NCBI GenBank assembly: GCA_951406725.2
Contig: OX597838.1
Location: 1,240,001 to 1,304,000, forward strand
Origin: Octopus vulgaris
Taxonomy: Eukaryota
Reading direction: 5' to 3'
DNA length: 64,000 nt
How positions within the stretch are numbered: position 1 is the stretch's first letter; each line of letters begins with the position of its first letter. Positions 59,380-64,000 of the stretch are shown here, piece after piece. Under the pieces are notes generated by a model. The model made no database searches, had not been told where the DNA came from, and worked only from the letters and a program-made list of their open reading frames with translations. A program made the position numbers and the translations under genes.

Positions 59380-59910
59380 TAATCCTTTCTACTTTAGGCA
59401 CAATGCCTGAAATTTGGTGGGAGGGGACTAGTCGATCACATCGACCTCAGTGTTTCACTGGTACTAAACATTTCGTCCAAAATGCTAACGATTCTGTCTG
59501 CTTGCCGCCTTCTTAATAATAATAATAATAATAATGGCCTTAAATTTTTCCACAATGGTAGCAATTTGGTGGGAAGGGATGAGCCAATTATATCGACCCC
59601 AGTGTTCAACTGTACTTATTTTATCGGTCCCGAAAGGATGAAAGGCAAAATTTGAACTCAGAACGTAAAGACAGACGAAATACCTATTTCTTTACTACCC
59701 ACAAGGAGCTAAACACAGAGAGGAAAAACAAGGACAGACAAATGGATCAGTCGATTACATCGACCCCAGTGCGTAACTGGTATTTATTTAGTCGACCCCG
59801 AAAGGATGAAAGGCAAAGTCGACCTCGGCGGAATTTGAACTCAGAACGTAACGGCAGACGAAATACTGCTAAGCATTTCGCCCGGCGTGCTAACGTTTCT
59901 GCCAGCTCAC
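59380..59910 (-). mobile_element. Nested/tandem SINE family B copies; the 59745-59910 copy is CpG-rich and probably young
   Basis: reverse complement of the family B consensus. Confidence 0.8.
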
Positions 59911-60559
59911 AATCCTATGGCCAATTTATCAGCTTTTGAAAGACACTTCAAACCCAACAATAAATGACATAAGGGAAGTAACTCTAATAAAGATAGATAA
60001 AAGTTATTTCCCGTCAAATAGTCTTCTTTGGGTCAAGATAGGAGGTGGATGGCCACAGTGTCCTTTGTGTCTCAGTGCTCTCTGTTGGCCTTCTACAGCA
60101 CTTGCTGGTCCACCTTCCTGCCCGTTAAACCAGTCCAGTGGTTTTCTCTGCAGAGTCCGCTGGGTCTAGTCTTCACATACGTATGTAGATAAACCGTAGC
60201 TCACCGACGGTTGAAAACTGTCGATTGCCCTTGCCATGATTTAGCGGACCTGTGGAAGCTGTTGCCCGGGTGTGGCTGCTGTTATATGCAAACAGTTTCG
60301 AAGAGCCACATGTAGGAGTTGGGTGTCAGGTGAGGACCAAAGCTGACGAACCACTCCAAAGAGCACTACATGTTCTTCCGTCAAGGACACTATCCCCCAC
60401 CCCAATGTCTCATGCAGCTACATATTCCCAGTTCAATTCCCACCAGAGTCGAAATTTTCTTTTATTTATACGAATTCGATAAACAATCAGGTCAAATCAA
60501 TTAAATTATCTTGATATATTTAATCGAAAGATTTCTTTCTTTTCCATTGTGTTAGTATG

Positions 60560-60975
60560 CGCAGGTGTGGTTGAATGGTAGGAAGCTTGCTTCCCAGCCA
60601 CACGGTTTCGGGTTCGGTCCAACTGCATAGAACGTCGGGTAAGTGTCTTTTACCAGAGTCTAGGACGACCAAAGCCTTGCGAGTGGATTTGGTAGACGGA
60701 AACTCAAAGAAGCTCGTCGTACACAAACACACAGACCCTCAAACACATATGTTTGTATGTGTTTGTCTCCCACCACCACTTGACAACCGGTGTTGGTTTG
60801 TGTATATCTCTGTAACTTAGCAGATCGGTAAAACGAGAGACCGACAGATTAAGTACCAGGCTTAAAAAAGAGAATTAACACTGGGGTCGACTTGTTTGGT
60901 TCGAGTAAAAACTCTTCAAGGCACGGCTCCAGCATGACCGCAGTCCACTGACTGAAACTAGTAAAAAAGAAAAGA
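60560..60975 (+). mobile_element. SINE family A, near full length
   Basis: same head, body and tail as 5603-6025. Confidence 0.8.
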
Positions 60976-62559
60976 GAATGTAAGTGGGGTACCTCCGATT
61001 GTATCTCGTGCCCAGCAATTTCCTTGTACAACCCGCAGGACCTGTTCACCGCTTGAGCATTTGCCGTTGAAGTCTATGTTTATTTAGAACGGTTATTGCG
61101 ATGTTTGATGTGATGCGGTCCTCATTAATTACTTTGTTATATTGTGCATGACTGCTTGGTTTCTGGTTTATGTTTGCTGCTTTATTTTCTCTGTTAATCT
61201 TTATTTATGTCATGCTGGGTTTTCGTTCTTTTGTGTATTTAAGTAATATCAACAACAAGACTGAATGAACATATGTGGAAGGAGTGTTCTGCACACTAAA
61301 TAATTATTATGCCAGACCAGTCATTGGCTACCTGCGGCCCTATGGAAATTCTGAATAACAAGTCTAGCGAATAATTACTTTCACGAATTTTTTTTGTTTA
61401 GTAGTAGTGCGGCCCGTCTCATGCTAGGTCACGTTTCATGAGGCTAACTTCTCGAAGAAGGTCGCCCATGCTTTTGCTAGGCATGTAGTATAGTTAGTTG
61501 AACTTCAAATAATTAGAATTAGTCTCGAAATCAGAGGACAAAATATTCCTCAGGGGTTATTTGAAGTCTGATGACATTGCATGAGATAACTAAAAATATC
61601 AGTTGAACCTAAAAAAATCAATAAAAAAATCAATGTAGTTAGAAGTGGATATTGTCTTTAAAACCAACTAATGAATGTAATAAACATGTTTCGATTTAAT
61701 TAGATCTCCTCAGTGAAGCATATTCATTTCGTTTAACAAGGCTGATCTCATTATATAAAAATAGAGGGGATGTAGTAATGTTCATTATATTAACAATATG
61801 GCTAACACGATTGGACACAGAAATGATGTCGTAAATAGAGAAATAGAGGTGATGTAGTGACGTTTATTACATCAACAATAACGTTGAAGGGAAATACCTC
61901 CCGAGAGTGTGAAATACATTTATGGCAATGTCTCACACATGTAATATACTGAGATGAAAAACTTTGATATCAATTGGAAGACAAAACTCTATCGTGGAGG
62001 GCTTAAAATCTAAAAACGAACAAGGGCGATAATTCTAATAACAGCAGAAAATACCAATTTTAAGAAAATAAAGATATGGTGTTGCTGTGAAGTAATAAGT
62101 TTGCTTCCCTACAACATGGTTCTGGGGTCAGTTCTGCTACGTGGTACGTTGAACCAGTGCCTTCTAATGTAGCCTCAGGCCGACCAAAGCCTTGTGAGTG
62201 GATTTTGTGGGCGAAAACTGTGTATGTGTGTGTGTGTGTGGGGGGGGGGGGTCAGCATCGCTTGACGACTGGTGAGATCGACAGAAAATAAGTACTGGGG
62301 TCGATTTGTTCGATTAAACGCTTCAAGGTCTTGCTACAGCATGGCCGCCCACCATCCATACAGTATAAAGAAGGAGATTGCTCCTCATTGTCTACAACGT
62401 CGAGCGAAGGCTATTATATGTAGCGATCAGATTAAGAAACACTCTACTATATAACAACTACCCAGCAAGCATACTATCTACCCCAGTTAGGAGGAGCGGG
62501 GAAGGATGAAACTCAAGAAAATCTTGTCAGAGGCCGCTCGGGAAATATCTAAAAGACAT

Positions 62560-62990
62560 GCTATCCACATGACATCAGGACAGGATTCTCGCAGGCATTT
62601 CTTCTCCCCATTTACATATTTTCTCAAGCTATTTCTTTTTATTGCTTCATCTTGAGCCACTATAATTAGGTTCTCTGTTTCTTTTTTAATTGACCTTTTT
62701 TCAACCAAGCCCAAGATGTTCTGGGTTCAAATTTCACCGAGATCAACTTTGCCTTTCATCCTTTCGGGGTCAATAAAATAAGTACCAGTTGAGTACTGGG
62801 ATCGATGCAATCGACTTACCTCTTTCCTTGAACTTGCGGGCCTTGAACCAATATTTGAAATCGTTATTATTATTGTTATTTTACTTCTCAGAGCTCTCCG
62901 TCTTACTTGCTTTGGTTGATTCTGAGCAAGCGAATAGCAGCCTGATGCCAGAGGTCTCACAGTGTCTCTTTCTGCAAATTATAAGACTTG
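62560..62990 (-). mobile_element. R4/Dong-like (RLE-type) non-LTR retrotransposon fragments interrupted by a SINE B copy
   Basis: KKETENLIIVAQDEAI.RN and a decayed TVRPLASGCYSLAQ zinc-knuckle segment. Confidence 0.55.
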
Positions 62991-64000
62991 GTACTTGAAT
63001 GTGAAGCGGCGAGCTGGCTGAATCGTTAGCACACCGGGCGAAATGCTTAGATGTTCTGGGTTCAAATCCCACCGAAGTCGACTTTGCTTTTCATCCTTTC
63101 GGAGTCGATGAAATAAGTTCCAGTTTCGCGAACTTAGAACACTATAGCTGCAACAGCCTCGCTGTATCCACACACCCCGACAAGAAAAGTGTGTGGCGGG
63201 GTACAAGTCGACAGTATAGTCCCTCACATACAAAACGACATTCGTGATAAAAATAATTAAACTTATCTGAGCATTTCTTGCGGTATTCATTAAGTTTGTT
63301 GTTTAGAAGACAGATAAACCTTGTTAAAGCTGCCGATGTTGTTGCTGTTATTAGTTGAAATTTATAGGCTGTCGTGACGGGGGATGTGTAAACAGTGGTA
63401 GCGGTGGCGGCGGTGGTAATGTTTGTTGTGGTGGAGTGGTGAGGATAGTGGTAATACTAGAAGTGGCAGTGGTAAGAGTAACTGTGCTGTTGTTGTTGTT
63501 GTTGTAGATCGTGGTGATGGAAACATTTAATTTCTTCAACGTTGAAGTCCTTCCAACAAAGAAGCCGTTTGTGACAAATCCATTTCTTCCTCCTCAGAAC
63601 TGCAGTTATGTCGGATCCCTTCTATCTCTGAGTCGACCACAGTTCTTTCACAGACATTCTTTTCTACTATAGGCACAAGACCCGAAATTTTGAGGGAGGG
63701 AGCCAGTCGATTAGCAGACGGAAAATGCAGACTCAAAGTCATGTGTGCATTTAAGTACCCCAAATATATCTAAACAGAAATTCTGTAGCAAGCCTCAGCA
63801 CATGTGTAGACGATCTAAAGTCTGTTTTTCAGCATATTGGCATAGAAAAAATTTTTTCTTTTACCATTATTTATAATTCTTTATAATTTTCACCATAAAA
63901 GGTATTTTAATATGCCGGCCATGGATAAAATTTTACCCTTATATTAGAAGTAAATTTACATATACATACATACATACACACATACATACATACATACATA

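Noticed and set aside
63130-63763. Minus-strand ORFs with Thr/Pro/Asn runs as a terminal exon of another gene
   Set aside because: The upstream boundary is a SINE tail rather than a splice acceptor, the frames are broken by stops, and the sequence is low-complexity.

Overview
Eukaryotic, AT-rich, repeat-dense animal DNA. The SINE, RTE-LINE and microsatellite content resembles an octopus/cephalopod genome, but that assignment is inference. Positions ~1.2-50.8 kb hold the 3' part of one + strand ABCC-family gene, most like the sulfonylurea receptors (ABCC8/9): NBD1, linker, TMD2 and NBD2. I rebuilt it by hand as 22 GT-AG exons that join in frame with no stops, plus 3 strong and 2 weaker candidate cassette/micro-exons. 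Two things stand out. (1) The nucleotide-site motifs that make the normally catalytic ABCC site are all substituted although the ORF is intact, which suggests a pseudo-ATPase. (2) The NBD1-TMD2 linker appears to be built from frame-preserving 21-24 nt micro-exons, two of which add an RRSSL PKA-type site, giving a splice-tunable, CFTR-R-domain-like module. The introns carry a 6.2 kb 18/19-bp satellite with ~2.7-2.8 kb higher-order structure, RTE LINEs with a PHD-like finger, Chapaev-like, hAT, Merlin-like and piggyBac-like remnants, a Helentron-type element, a hammerhead-ribozyme remnant and many SINEs. Downstream of the gene lie two mariner remnants, a Helitron, and a diverged inverted duplication whose best-conserved part is a 40-bp block centred on a splice donor. 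No CRISPR, rRNA or tRNA genes were found. Most ORF-track entries are microsatellite or satellite noise.
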